A stretch of 63,151 nucleotides of DNA, filler included, from Octopus bimaculoides (GCF_001194135.2; 6 parts of 6 records of this genome joined end to end with filler, not necessarily neighbours in it), one strand, 5' to 3'. Positions 26,968 through 40,750 are shown, counted from the whole stretch's first letter. The notes: generated by a model not told the origin, from the sequence alone. Made by a program: numbers and translations.

Positions 26968-27588
26968 AAAAATATAAGTATACTCACTGGCACGCACATA
27001 TAGATGAAAATACCCGTGCGTACCTACCTACTTCCCTCCCCACATACTATCCACACACATGCATATACTTATACTACACACACACACACATACACACACA
27101 TATGAACGCACATATGTATACGCATATACACATATGTGCGCCAGCACACACAAGCACACACATCCTATATGTACAGGAACACACATTCTTTAACAATAAG
27201 CACTGCATTAATCTAGCACTCACATAATCACAATACAAAAATATTTAGTTTTCTTATTTGTGCATAAAATAAAACATATGTTTATACATTTGCACTTATG
27301 CATTCACTCTTTTTTTAATGTAACTTTTATGTGTTCATTCACCTTGCAATAAGAAACCAGAAAAATGCCTAATGTTATATTTTTCCTTCTGTTTTATCTG
27401 ACATTGACTCCTAATCTATACATGGGATCTTTATTATTATCATCATTATAATCATCATATTCATCATCGCCTTCGTCATCTTCATCATCACCCTCGTCAT
27501 CTTCATCATCGCCCTCGTCATCTTCATCATCGTCGTCGTCATCGTTGTTGTCGTTTTTATCATTATCATTATTAACATCGTTATTATG

Positions 27589-27840
27589 AGGCCGCAAGGC
27601 TTAGTACTTAGGGTGATGCACTAACGTTCGGGATTTCAGTTCCTAGTCTGGGTGGTGCATTGTGTTCTTGAGCATGGCTCTTCATCCCGCATTGCTCGGC
27701 AATTGCTTGAACACATGGCAAGTGGTACATAGTGCAGCTGTTCTGGCAACGTCGATTTGATGGAGAGAGTATGTTGCTATGCAACAAGAACATTTCCTCG
27801 ACATAATCAAATCTGTTGTGCAGGTTGTTCGGCAGAGTCC
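27589..27840 (+). mobile_element. Old tRNA-derived SINE (fourth, degenerate family)
   Basis: GAGGCCGCAAGGCTTAGTACTTAGGG...TTCAGTTCC...GCATTGTGTTCTTGAGCA head architecture; a related minus-strand remnant lies near 18090-18270. Confidence 0.5.
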
Positions 27841-28619
27841 ATCGTTATTATTGTTATTGAATGAAAGAGCAATGCATGCCGTTAAAGTGACACTGGGGCC
27901 CAAATATACGAAGCCTAATATAATCATCATTACTACCCGCCTGAAAAGAGTACTCCAGGCAATGCCATCTCTGCGCAACAGTGTGATCTCATATCAAGAT
28001 CAACATCGCATGATCTTGCAAATGGGACCCAGTTAGATATTTCTTCAGGTTGAATAGCCACTGAAAATGTCCCTGAATAGGGGTTGTTTACAGATGATGA
28101 ACGAATCAATGATGTTTCCACAGGTGAATTATGCAAAGTCCAAGTAATTCGTCTCAACACAGGGGCATAATGCTCCCCAAAGACTCCTGCTCATGGTGAA
28201 ACAGCGAATCTCAAACAACTGATGAGAAAATCTGTGGTATTAAGTAGAATATTTGCTGCAGTCCAAGTTTACCACCAAGACAAAATGTATTCATGATAAC
28301 ACTTCCAATCATTTACGATCAGAATCCATCCATGTAAGCCAGTGCCCTGTATGGCATCAGGGCATTTGTTCTTTTCATTTATATTTTCATTAGTATCTTC
28401 TTTCAATTCTCCTTCTATTTCTTGCCGAGTGTCTTCCTGACACCTAGGACAGTGAAACATACTATTTACATTGGTAGCCCTTTAGAATAAACACACCAGA
28501 TTGTTCATTTACAAAATGATATGATACTGAAAAAGAGGAAGAAAGACAAAAAGAACAATTTAAGATTTAAAATTAAACAAAGAAAATAAAGTGGTAGGAA
28601 AGGAAATGCTCTTCTCATT

Positions 28620-29400
28620 ACGCGTTACGTACCAGTTAAGACAAGCTTTAGCACTTTCTGCATGGATGGTAAAACAGGGACCATTTTAATATACATTTCA
28701 GTTCCTATTTTGATCGATTCACATAAAGCTAAAAGAGTAGCGGAAAGGGCAGGACATGCCCTCGTCCGTGAGAGGATCTATTACAACCGTTGGAAAAAAA
28801 CATCAACTAAATAACGAGATCAAAGAGAGGTTATCTTCATTACTTAGGAAAATAAACAGAGATGATGATAGAGAGACAATCCAACAAGATCTGGAACAGT
28901 CGTACACGAAAGAATTTCAAATGGTAAAGACACGCCAGATTAAGAAGTTTATGAAATTCAAAGGTCAGAGAATGAAGACTGAAATCCATCACCCACCTGT
29001 GAAAGCAGTAATTAATGTAAGTAGCCAACATCTAGAAAGCTCTGAAGAAGCGGTATTAAACAAAGGTCTCGACTTTACGACAACCATCAAGCGTATTCCA
29101 TACTTGGACATAATAGCCCCTATTGAAGAGATAGCCGTAAAGATACTAAAAGCTCAAGAAGATGAACTGAGGTGGAACGTGAGACAGATAAGCCAAACTT
29201 CCTAAAACAAGCACCACTAAGGAAAAGTTCGCTATCAAAAGACTACAGAGTGACAATTCCATCATAATACTTCTAGCGGACAAAGGAAATGCTACAGTGG
29301 TGATGAACAAGTCTGACTACTCTGAAAAATTGGCAAGTCTTATAAGTGATGGTAGCTACAGCAAAGTAAAAAAAGACCCTACTTTGAAAACGGAGAAGGT
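28620..29400 (+). mobile_element. Penelope-like retroelement ORF, N-terminal (pre-RT) fragment
   Basis: KAKRVAERAGHALVRERI...VINVSSQHLESSEEAVLNKGLDF...IPYLDIIAPIEE...LRWNV...DNSIIILLADKGNATVVMNKSDYSEKL...YSKVKKDPT; the ADKG motif block is characteristic of PLE ORFs; frameshifted. Confidence 0.8.
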
Positions 29401-30360
29401 CATAGTAGATGAGTATTCTTTTGTCTCTTTGCTCTTCTTGTCAGATGGACATGATATGTCGATTATCATGCAAGTTCTTTCTTTTCTATCAATTACAACA
29501 ATGTCCGGTTTCCGATGTATGGTCGGGCGATCGCTCTCAATCATTGTATCCCAGATGATTTTGCAATCTTCATCCTCAGTGACTTCTTCTAGGATGTACT
29601 CATACGATGTCTTTACTCTTTGTAAGCTTTGATTTCCACAGAACCCCCAACGGATCATTCTTGCCACATTGTCATGCTAACTTTTGTAATCTCCTTGTAC
29701 CAATTTCAGACATTCGCTAACGATGTGCCGTACCACTTCACTCCTCTCACCACATATTCTGCATTTGTCGTTGTTGATTCTGCACTTCACTAAGTTAGTC
29801 GTTAATGCTTGTTCTTGTGCTGTGCATTTAAGTGCTTCTGTCTCTATCTACAGGTCAGTCCTCTTTATCCATAGTTCATAGCAACCGGCCTCTTGTATCT
29901 ATCTTGCCGTTCATATCACTTGCAAACTAACTTTGTACTTTTTCTTCTTCTATGCTGTTTCATTTTTTTGTGTTCTTTTCCTCTTTATTTTTTTCTTTGT
30001 TTACACAATTATCAATTTTGATGGCACCGGATTTCTTCAGGTATTTCAACACTGGTGCCACCGTATTTTTTACAAACAACTCTAAGATGCTTTCCTCGCC
30101 TTCGATACAAATCTGGCGACTGAACAAAAGTCTCAACTTATCTCCTGGACAAGTACATACTATGGATGTCAATCTGGAGCGGAAGGCTCCGCGAAATGTC
30201 AATGTTTCTTGTTTCTGTATCCATGTCCATCAGTTCTTTCTTTTGCCAGTTTTGAATCCAGCTCCACACCGAAATGATACTATCGCCAATATATTAAGTA
30301 TTTAGAGTTTATTCCATCCGGGTAATTTTGAGCAGAGCACCTACCTTAGTATTCGGAAAT
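29401..30360 (-). mobile_element. R4/Dong-clade (RLE) non-LTR retrotransposon, degenerate C-terminal part
   Basis: WQKKELMDMDTETR..., AQEQALTT, zinc knuckle KCRICGERSEVVRHIVSECLKL..HDNVAR, and restriction-like endonuclease KIIWDTMIESDRPTIHRKPDIVVIDRKERTCMIIDISCPSD. Confidence 0.85.
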
Positions 30361-30384
30361 ATGCCAATTATTATTAGTTGTAGT

Positions 30385-30429
<45 letters not shown>

Positions 30430-30584
30430 NNNNNNNNNNNNNNNNNNNNNNNNNNNNNNNNNNNNNNNNNNNNNNNNNNNNNNNNNNNNNNNNNNNNNNN
30501 NNNNNNNNNNNNNNNNNNNNNNNNNNNNNNNNNNNNNNNNNNNNNNNNNNATTATTATTATTATTATTATTATTATTAATATTA

Positions 30585-30636
<52 letters not shown>

Positions 30637-30674
30637 CATCATCATCATTATTAGTAGTAGTAGTAGTATTGAGG

Positions 30675-30892
30675 AGGTGAGAAGGCAGAATCGTAAGCAC
30701 GCCGGGTAAAATGCTTAATAGCATTTCTACCATCTTTACGCCGATGTCTACCATCTTCTGCCGAGGTCGACTTTGCCTTTCATCCTTTCGGGGATCGAAA
30801 AATTAGGTGCCAGTGAAACACTGGGGACAGCGACGTCGACTAGTCCGCTCCACCAAAATTTAAGAACTTGTGCCTTTATTAGAAAGGATTAT
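30675..30892 (+). mobile_element. SINE family A
   Basis: GGCAGAATCGTAAGCACGCCGGG...GCCGAGGTCGACTTTGCCTTTCATCCTTTCGGGG...TTGTGCCTTTATTAGAAAGG. Confidence 0.85.
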
Positions 30893-31112
30893 TATTAGTG
30901 TTGTTGTTGTTGTCACTGCTGTGGCCTCCTCTGTTATTGCGGCCCTATTATTGCTTTTGACTTTCTTGCTGTCTTTCAATGCCCAGTTCGAAGAATTTCA
31001 TAAACAGTTCCTTCTGCACGTACTTGTGATATTGTAGTCAAGCTGATCATGATCTGTGGCATGCCTGTTTGAACACCCTATTACTTCATATACAACATAC
31101 ACACACACACAC

Positions 31113-31151
<39 letters not shown>

Positions 31152-32477
31152 TATATATATATATATATATAGGTATATATACATATATCTATACGTNNNN
31201 NNNNNNNNNNNNNNNNNNNNNNNNNNNNNNNNNNNNNNNNNNNNNNNNNNNNNNNNNNNNNNNNNNNNNNNNNNNNNNNNNNNNNNNNNNNNNNNNNNNN
31301 NNNNNNNNNNNNNNNNNNNNNNNNNNNNNNNNNNNNNNNNNNNNNNNNNNNNNNNNNNNNNNNNNNNNNNNNNNNNNNNNNNNNNNNNNNNNNNNNNNNN
31401 NNNNNNNNNNNNNNNNNNNNNNNNNNNNNNNNNNNNNNNNNNNNNNNNNNNNNNNNNNNNNNNNNNNNNNNNNNNNNNNNNNNNNNNNNNNNNNNNNNNN
31501 NNNNNNNNNNNNNNNNNNNNNNNNNNNNNNNNNNNNNNNNNNNNNNNNNNNNNNNNNNNNNNNNNNNNNNNNNNNNNNNNNNNNNNNNNNNNNNNNNNNN
31601 NNNNNNNNNNNNNNNNNNNNNNNNNNNNNNNNNNNNNNNNNNNNNNNNNNNNNNNNNNNNNNNNNNNNNNNNNNNNNNNNNNNNNNNNNNNNNNNNNNNN
31701 NNNNNNNNNNNNNNNNNNNNNNNNNNNNNNNNNNNNNNNNNNNNNNNNNNNNNNNNNNNNNNNNNNNNNNNNNNNNNNNNNNNNNNNNNNNNNNNNNNNN
31801 NNNNNNNNNNNNNNNNNNNNNNNNNNNNNNNNNNNNNNNNNNNNNNNNNNNNNNNNNNNNNNNNNNNNNNNNNNNNNNNNNNNNNNNNNNNNNNNNNNNN
31901 NNNNNNNNNNNNNNNNNNNNNNNNNNNNNNNNNNNNNNNNNNNNNNNNNNNNNNNNNNNNNNNNNNNNNNNNNNNNNNNNNNNNNNNNNNNNNNNNNNNN
32001 NNNNNNNNNNNNNNNNNNNNNNNNNNNNNNNNNNNNNNNNNNNNNNNNNNNNNNNNNNNNNNNNNNNNNNNNNNNNNNNNNNNNNNNNNNNNNNNNNNNN
32101 NNNNNNNNNNNNNNNNNNNNNNNNNNNNNNNNNNNNNNNNNNNNNNNNNNNNNNNNNTGTGTGTGTGTGTGTGTGTGTGTGTGCATATGTGGGCACAGGA
32201 CGTCATGAAACGTGTACAACAAAAAGGTACGAAGCATGAGTACATGGAACATGAATTATTCTGTCAAACAACGAAAGAAACAAATGGAAAACAAAACAAA
32301 CAATATAAAGAACGACCCTTCATCAGTTTTTGACTGTTTTTCTACTCTCGTATTTCGAGCATTTGACAACAATATACGCTTTCGATTATAAAGTTACTCT
32401 CCCAAAGCAAATTGAATTAAATTGTATTTAATTTGCATTGCGAGAGCAACTGTTTTATTGAAAGCTTATACTGTTGT

Positions 32478-32509
32478 TGGTAGACGGAAACTGAAAGACG
32501 TCCGTCGTA

Positions 32510-32548
<39 letters not shown>

Positions 32549-32643
32549 CTATGTATGTGCGTGTGTATATGTCTGTGTGCCTGTGTTTGTCCCTCGAAAA
32601 ATCGCTTGACAACAGATGCTGGGGTGTTTACGTCCCTGTAACT
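32478..32643 (+). mobile_element. SINE family B, central part
   Basis: GGTAGACGGAAACTGAAAGACGTCCGTCGTATA...CGCTTGACAACAGATGCTGGGGTGTTTACGTCCCTGTAACT. Confidence 0.8.
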
Positions 32644-35600
32644 NNNNNNNNNNNNNNNNNNNNNNNNNNNNNNNNNNNNNNNNNNNNNNNNNNNNNNNNN
32701 NNNNNNNNNNNNNNNNNNNNNNNNNNNNNNNNNNNNNNNNNNNNNNNNNNNNNNNNNNNNNNNNNNNNNNNNNNNNNNNNNNNNNNNNNNNNNNNNNNNN
32801 NNNNNNNNNNNNNNNNNNNNNNNNNNNNNNNNNNNNNNNNNNNNNNNNNNNNNNNNNNNNNNNNNNNNNNNNNNNNNNNNNNNNNNNNNNNNNNNNNNNN
32901 NNNNNNNNNNNNNNNNNNNNNNNNNNNNNNNNNNNNNNNNNNNNNNNNNNNNNNNNNNNNNNNNNNNNNNNNNNNNNNNNNNNNNNNNNNNNNNNNNNNN
33001 NNNNNNNNNNNNNNNNNNNNNNNNNNNNNNNNNNNNNNNNNNNNNNNNNNNNNNNNNNNNNNNNNNNNNNNNNNNNNNNNNNNNNNNNNNNNNNNNNNNN
33101 NNNNNNNNNNNNNNNNNNNNNNNNNNNNNNNNNNNNNNNNNNNNNNNNNNNNNNNNNNNNNNNNNNNNNNNNNNNNNNNNNNNNNNNNNNNNNNNNNNNN
33201 NNNNNNNNNNNNNNNNNNNNNNNNNNNNNNNNNNNNNNNNNNNNNNNNNNNNNNNNNNNNNNNNNNNNNNNNNNNNNNNNNNNNNNNNNNNNNNNNNNNN
33301 NNNNNNNNNNNNNNNNNNNNNNNNNNNNNNNNNNNNNNNNNNNNNNNNNNNNNNNNNNNNNNNNNNNNNNNNNNNNNNNNNNNNNNNNNNNNNNNNNNNN
33401 NNNNNNNNNNNNNNNNNNNNNNNNNNNNNNNNNNNNNNNNNNNNNNNNNNNNNNNNNNNNNNNNNNNNNNNNNNNNNNNNNNNNNNNNNNNNNNNNNNNN
33501 NNNACAAAATGTACGAGATGATAATATCTTTCAACAGTAACATAAAAGAATTATAAAACAAAATTTCTCATCAATAACACGACAAAAAAAACAGTTAAGG
33601 TATATTGCTAACTGGCAAATTTCAAATGAGAATTAAAGACGTACAAAAAGTCTAACAAAAATCTATGAATCCAACTTCGTTGAACAAACGAACAAGTGTT
33701 CTATATGACTAAAACAATTGGCATTGTGTTTTTGATTGCGTAGAGTCAGGTGTGTATGTCAGTGTCTGTGAAAATATGACAATACATCTATTTTTGTTTT
33801 TTTTTATATTTGTAGACCGAAACTTTTTGCTGACATCTATTGTCGAAGCTATTATTCATCCGTCATTTGTTGAAAACTTGGTTTTCTCTTCACTTCCACC
33901 TTTCAAATCTGACGTCTTTTGCGACCCTACACTCGTGGCTTATAACAATATATGGTTTTCTTTGTACATTTATTTATATATGTATATGTGTCTGTGTACG
34001 TGATTGTGCGTATGCGCTCGTGCATGATTGTCTGTCTGCGTATGCGTGGGTGTGTATGTGTACGTGTGTATATATGTGTGTTCGTATGCGTGTGAGTGTG
34101 TGTGTGCGTGATTTGAATTTGTGTCACTAATTGTACAGAACTTAGGAATTGTTTAGTTATTTTGAATTAAGTAGACATATACCAAATAGAAATGGCGCTT
34201 GAATACAGGCGAGAATATAAGCAGATGAAGGTAAATTCATATCTCAGAACACGTTGCACTAGAGTGATATATAAGCGGTCGTATTTAAAGAATTTATTAA
34301 ATTTATCTAAAATTGGGCGAAAATATAATTTTAAAATTTTAGGCAGGAAATAAGAAAAATTTTATGAAGATTTCTAGATAAGATTTTCACAATCTACAAG
34401 CCATTCAATTTTAAGAATATTCAATATGAATACATTTACAAATTATAACCATTACTAAATAAAAACTGTCACACCTCGGACCACATCCTGGAGTTTGTTC
34501 TTTGACTTCGAAACCAGAAAATACTTTTGCATTCAAGAGTTACTGAGACTGTAAATGGTTGAAGTAATGGCTGCAAATGTGTAAGGGACGCAAATATGGG
34601 ACGATGTTGTTCCTGCAAACTTGATTACACACAGATGTGTGGCACTCGACTGACTGGCATTCAATCACCGAAAGATATGCTTCAGTATATGCGCTTTTTC
34701 AGTTTTCTTTCGTTTACTTGAATAGTGACCTCTGTTTCTCTCAGCTAGTTGGTCTCATAACTCCTCCACTTGTGTACCTCCCACCTATTCAATACTACAT
34801 GTCCCACCGGCCCAAGCATAACGAGCGCACCCAGCCCTTCTAAGAACATCGACTCTTCTCGAATCTTCTCTATTCTCACCCAGTTCTTGTAGAATCGAGT
34901 TGCAACAACTTCAAAGAAAAATTATTGATATCATACCCACCTGTCCCGGAGAATCAACAAGAGATTTGTGCAATGCCATTTACTTTTGATTCAACGCCGA
35001 AAATAATAAAAAAAATAATAATCGTGGAATATTTTGGCCCACTTTTGTAGGTACAGATGGCCTTCCTTGTAGTTGAATCTGTTCGTTGCATGCTAACTGT
35101 TTGTGTAATTTTTGTAAAGTAAATCAATATCGTCATATAGTCTCAGTAGTAGGATTTTCTCAAATCAGAATAATCACTCGGATAATAAAAAGAACAACGG
35201 TATCGCCGACGGTACCTACACACGCAGAGAATAGTAATCACAACACACGCGATATAAATCGTAGATATGCTGTGTATTGTCAAAGAAATTTCAGATGCAA
35301 GATTAAGTGTTCATCAAACAAAATCTGGGTTTACAGCAAGTCTAGTTTATCATTTAGCATCGCTTCCATATTTCCGTGCACATCTCCTACATGAGCCCTT
35401 GTTTGAATTCATCGTTTCCCGTACTGCTTTTTCTCTTTACTTTATAGACGATGGTATGTAGTAAACCTTCTTAGCAGAGGTAGAGATTGTAGTCACTGTT
35501 GAGTTCACTATAAGCGAGGTTGTACTCAATAACTGTATGTCAGAAGTAACACACTGCAATATATTATATACTTGTATGTGTGTGTTTGTATGTGTGTGTG

Positions 35601-36369
35601 TGTGAGTGTGTTTGTGTATGAGTGTGTGTGTGTGTGTGTGTGTGTATGCACATCTTATTCATAGTTATGTTTGTCTTTGTGCGTGTGGCATACTATATAT
35701 GAGTGCTATTTGCAGTCGCAAAACATCTTAAGCTCTTAAAGCGCAAACACTCTACTGACGACCTGATTGACAAATCAGAAACTCGAGTTATACGATGCTA
35801 TTTTGAAGCATATCTACTAAAAACATAGAACCCCCACCGGACAGAAAACATCAAAGTGGAACTATGTACTACTATAAGAAACATATATTCATATCCTAAT
35901 ATGTCCATACTTAAATATTGTTTTTTTATTCTATACGGTGATGTTTCTTAATCTTGTAGTGTTGTGTTCCACTATTTAAACCACGTAACTTTACAGTGTT
36001 TTCTCTGTAAATCATTTAAAATGACATATCACAAAAATATAATTGTACAAAATTTACTAAAATTGTTGGAATTTGTAATGTGATGATTGCGTCAGATATT
36101 ATGAAATTAACATTTTTAACATCTTTCTCAAAATTTGTAGCCGCGTTCGAATATTTCAAAATGTTTTTAACTGCGCTAAAACAATATTGAACTAAATTAC
36201 ACCATACTAATGGAAATTAGAATTTCTTTTTGTTTCATGACGGCGTATAATTTACGATTAAAAGTTGTAGATGGTGCTGAAAGCAGAAATTATGTCTGAC
36301 ATTTAAATATGTGATTTAAAATGTTTGGTAGATTTTTAATTTATTCAATTCTTCCTTTGTTTTTATAAC

Positions 36370-37240
36370 TGTTTGTTCGTCAACAAGGAAAATTAGCCAG
36401 GCCCATTCTGGAATGTTCAAAAATATCTTGAAACCGTTTGGAGATAAACTTATGTGACTGCTATGAAAGGTAATAGGTCACCTGAAGGTTTTCTGTCTTG
36501 TACTCTGTATAGAAATGTTCGGTAATTGGTCAAATCTGTCAAATTCTTCACTTTCCAAATTGCATTTCAAGACATTAGACAAATGTATATATCACAGTCT
36601 CCTCTTTCATAAAATGTTGCCTTCTGTCTTGATTTAAAACATGTCTAACATTCATATACTGTGTCATTCAAATTACTTAGGATCTATGAATTTTTTCCAA
36701 GAATTTCATGACTTACACTCCAAGACGCTAAAAGTCAGACTGGCGCAATTTGACAATTCTCATTCCATTTTAAGTGTGGAATAAGTATGCGATAAATTTC
36801 TCATTGCTTTTACTCGCACAATATTTAGTGTACTTTCTCACTGTCATATTTATTTCTGGTTTTGTTAATTGCTGCATGATATATTACTGCAAGATACATT
36901 ACAAAATGGTTGTAACTGCTTGCATTCCATTTTTCGTCATTATTTTACTACAAAATATTTTTGAGGCATCTCGCAATATGCTCGTACTACACCAGCTAAA
37001 CATTTTCCGGGTCCAATAATGACACAACCGCAGTCTACTCTAGAAGTGGCTCAATCATGCGAAGCTCCTATTTATATTTGAAAGCAGAAGAGAGCACTTA
37101 CTTTTAAAAAATAAGCTCTTCCACAGAGTCAACATTGCCTTAGTGTCAGTTGCTAAACAAATTTCATGTAATTGGACACAGTGTGAGACGACTGTTGTTA
37201 TCATTAGGCCTAACTCATCGTAAGGTAAATACCACAATGA
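36370..37240 (-). mobile_element. Possible hAT (Buster/SPIN-like) transposase relic, heavily decayed
   Basis: Scattered fragments in plausible order (CILQ*YI ~ HCIIH; NVRHVL ~ VRWLS; ITEHF..LQD ~ DITEHLN.LQG; LANFPC ~ LHFP.L), with many stops. Confidence 0.3.
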
Positions 37241-37979
37241 CTGGTATCCAGACTACAGTGGAGAAGGCTAACCACTGGATTTGGTTAAAGAGACACAATG
37301 AGCGATAGCTAGAGAAATATTGAATTATACTTAATAACCAGTTAATCTAGCAAGCAGGGTCTCATATCAGTGAGGTGGGGCCGGTGCGCATTGACGCCGT
37401 CAAGAGGTAGGCTCCGTAACAGAGCACATTCTTTCCTGGTGGCCCCATACACTTGCTGGCTATCGGTATGCGGAGTTATCGACTGGTAGCACTTCCATGT
37501 GGAAGTTGTTTGTAAGACATATTCATTCTATAGTAGAAGAGTTCCATGTAGTTGTAACGAAAATTTGGTTGTTCTCAGGAAATTGCATAATGAGTTATTC
37601 GCATTTTAAAACATTTTGCCGATTCGTCATAGCTTATTTGTTCAATGTAACTTTATTTCTGTTGACAGTCGTTGGTTTGTGAAACATTGCATGTAAACCT
37701 TCACTAACAAATAGAAAGATCAATTTTTCAAACAATCGCATTTGGCATTCTGAACATGACAGTCCGTCGTAAATTTTTTAAGAAATATGTAACTCATTTT
37801 CTTCTACATTTGCGGAGAAAACTATACTTGAACAATCCGGCTTTTTGAAAAATGTTGCTTTAAAAGTAGAAAAATGTTATTTGTTCCCCCAGCACAACAT
37901 TTAAATCCACGTCGCATCGTTTCTGCCAGCTCGCCGCCTTGTTTATATATTCATGTGTGACATCTATGTATGTGTCTTT

Positions 37980-38185
37980 TTGTCTGTGTTTGTCCCCCAC
38001 CACCGCTGCTTGACAACCGGTGTTGTTGTTCACGTCTCCGTTACTTAGCGTTTCCATGGAATAAATACTAGGCTTTAAAAAAATTAAGTGTTGGGTTTGA
38101 TTTGTTCGACTAAAGCACCTCAAGTCGGTACTCCAGCATGGCCGCAGTCAAATGACTGAAACAAGTAAAAGAATAAGAGAATATA
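37980..38185 (+). mobile_element. SINE family B, 3' part
   Basis: GCTTGACAACCGGTGTTG...CTCCAGCATGGCCGCAGTCAAATGACTGAAACAAGTAAAAGAATA. Confidence 0.85.
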
Positions 38186-38512
38186 CATGCCTGAAATGTC
38201 GACTAACATTTTATCCCAAATAATGAAACTTATTTATATGTTGTAATCTCAAATGCTACATTTCAACAAATCACCTTGCATTATTTAAATTAATTTCCAT
38301 ACATAACTTTGATGTTACCATCTTCCACTGAACGGAATAACATAAACCTTTTCTAAATTCGCCCCATTATCACTACAGCATAACCACTATAGAAAACACC
38401 ACGCGCTACATTACATCTGCGAACATTTCTCTTCTTTTGCAATCCACTCCTGTGTAAAATCGCCTTGGTGAATTATGTTTCCGCCCCCGTCTCTATTTGT
38501 AATATATTATTA

Positions 38513-38716
38513 ATGGTTAGCACATCGGGCGAAATGCTTAGCAGTATTATGTCTGTCTTTACGTCCTGAGTTCAAACTCCGCCGGGGTCGACTTTGCCTT
38601 TCATCCTTTCAGGGTCGATAAATTAAGTGCCAGTTACGTACTGAGGTCGATCTACTGGACTGGCCCCCTCCTTCATACTTCGGGCCTTGTGCCTAGAGTA
38701 GAAAAAAAATATATTA
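38513..38716 (+). mobile_element. SINE family A
   Basis: GGTTAGCACATCGGGCGAAATGCTTAGC...GGTCGACTTTGCCTTTCATCC...GGGCCTTGTGCCTAGAGTAGAAAA. Confidence 0.88.
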
Positions 38717-38775
38717 TTAACGGTTTGGCCTTTACAAATCAATATGTAAATAACGGTTATTTATTTGAAAACATT

Positions 38776-38878
38776 TACAAGGATTTGGTCGGCCTGAAGC
38801 TATAATAGAAGACACTTAGGATTGAAACAGGAACCATGTTGTTCGAAAGCAAGCTTCTTACCACACAACCATGCCGGC
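38776..38878 (-). mobile_element. SINE family B head fragment
   Basis: ACAAGGATTTGGTCGGCC...AGAAGACACTT...GGAACCATG...GCAAGCTTCTTACCACACAACC. Confidence 0.8.
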
Positions 38879-39384
38879 GTGTATATACACGTATATATGC
38901 CTGAATGTATGTATGTATGTATGTATGTATGTATGTATGTATGTATGTATGTATGTATGTAGGTAGATAGGTAGGTAGGTAGGTAGGTAGAAGTGAAGGG
39001 GCGTGGAGATTTAAGTAGGAAGCGAGGTATACATGCATACATTTATGTATTACAGCGTATTTAGAATGCTTAAACATACAGAGGGAAAATAAATTTACCC
39101 TTTTTTTCCTTTGAAAAAATACAGCAATATTTATTACTGCATTCCTGGATAAGAACAAGTGTAGGAATCATTTGGTTTCTCTGGTAATGGGAAATTTTTA
39201 CCCAACAACTATTTGTCTATATATTTTGCGGAACAATAGGATTTCTTCCATTCTTTACTATCTCCAGAGTCAAAGATTTCACATAGATTACTGCATATGA
39301 ACGTATTCTAATTTAAGCGCTATATTTCGTAATGATGCACTCTCTTTTTCTGTCACTCTATCTCTTTTCTCTCTCTCTCTCTCT

Positions 39385-39462
<78 letters not shown>

Positions 39463-40157
39463 TTATATATGCATACATATATAGGAAACACACACGCACA
39501 CATGTACATTCCAACAAACAAATATACCACCCATCAACATGCACACACAATCTCATGTTTAAAGGACTGTACTTTGTAGTAGAGTCAGCAGAGTTGTACT
39601 CAATCCAGTTAATATTAAATATCATCTAATTAATGTAAATCTTGAATTCCTTCAATTTTTCATATATACATGCATGCATGCATGCATGTATGTATGTATG
39701 TATGTGTATGTATGTACGCATGTAAGTATGTATGTAGGTGGGTATGCATGTATCTATATATGTATGTTATCAGTGTCATAGTGTTCTGGAGCTTTGCCTG
39801 TGCGCTGACACGATCAGCGTAAAAGTTATGATTGGATTTTAAATAGAGATTATGCATATATGTGATTTTTGCCAAACTGTGGAGTGATAGGTGTGTGAAT
39901 GAAAGACAAACAAAATGTGTAACGAAACAGGAGGAAAGGAACGAGAGATGGAATAAGAATATTAGAAAAATGAAAGAAAATGTGGAAAAGAAAGAGAGGG
40001 TGTTATGTCGGAAATAAGATAGCGTATGTAGGTGTTGGACATAACAAGAACAACAACAACAACAAAAGCGACAACAGAAACAGCAACAGCCATAGCAACA
40101 ACAGCTACACCACTATTAACAAAAATTGCAATAACAATGATAATTATAATCCTTTTT

Positions 40158-40598
40158 ATCTTGGGTAAAAGCCCTGAAGTTTGGTGGTAGGGGACTAGTC
40201 AATGAAATCGACCCCTGTGTTTCACTGGTACTTAATTTATCGACCCCGAAATTATTAAAGGCAGAATCAACCGCACAAAAGTTGAGACTCAGGAGATAAA
40301 GGTGGATTAATTGCCGCTGAGCATTTTGCCCGGCGCGAAAACTATTCTGGCAGCCCACTGCCTTAATAACAACAACAACAACAGCAACACTAATAATACT
40401 CCTTTCAACTGAAATTTGTGGGGAGGGAACTAGTCGATTACATTGACCACAGTGTTTCACTTGTACTTAATTTATCGATCCCGAAAGGGGAAAAGCAAAG
40501 TCGACCTCGACGGAATTTGTACTCAGATCGTAGCGACGGACGAAATGCTGGTAATCATTTTGCCTGGCTCGCTAACGATTCTACCAGCTCGCCGCCTG
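40158..40598 (-). mobile_element. Two tandem SINE family A copies (40158-40365 and 40395-40598)
   Basis: Both show TTTCACT(G/T)GTACTTAATTTATCGA.CCCGAAA and a reversed head ending CCAGCTCGCCGCCT or GCAGCCCACTGCCTT; about 30 bp AAC-rich spacer. Confidence 0.82.
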
Positions 40599-40629
40599 CA
40601 TATCAATAGCAAAATATTAACAACAACAA

Positions 40630-40694
<65 letters not shown>

Positions 40695-40719
40695 ATGATG
40701 ATGATAATAATAATAATAA

Positions 40720-40750
<31 letters not shown>

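Noticed and set aside
28219-28235. Hammerhead ribozyme near the Penelope-like element (CTGATGA), also TCATCAG at 32320-32326
   Set aside because: No stem II between CUGAUGA and GAAA, and no correctly placed stem III/UH cleavage triplet
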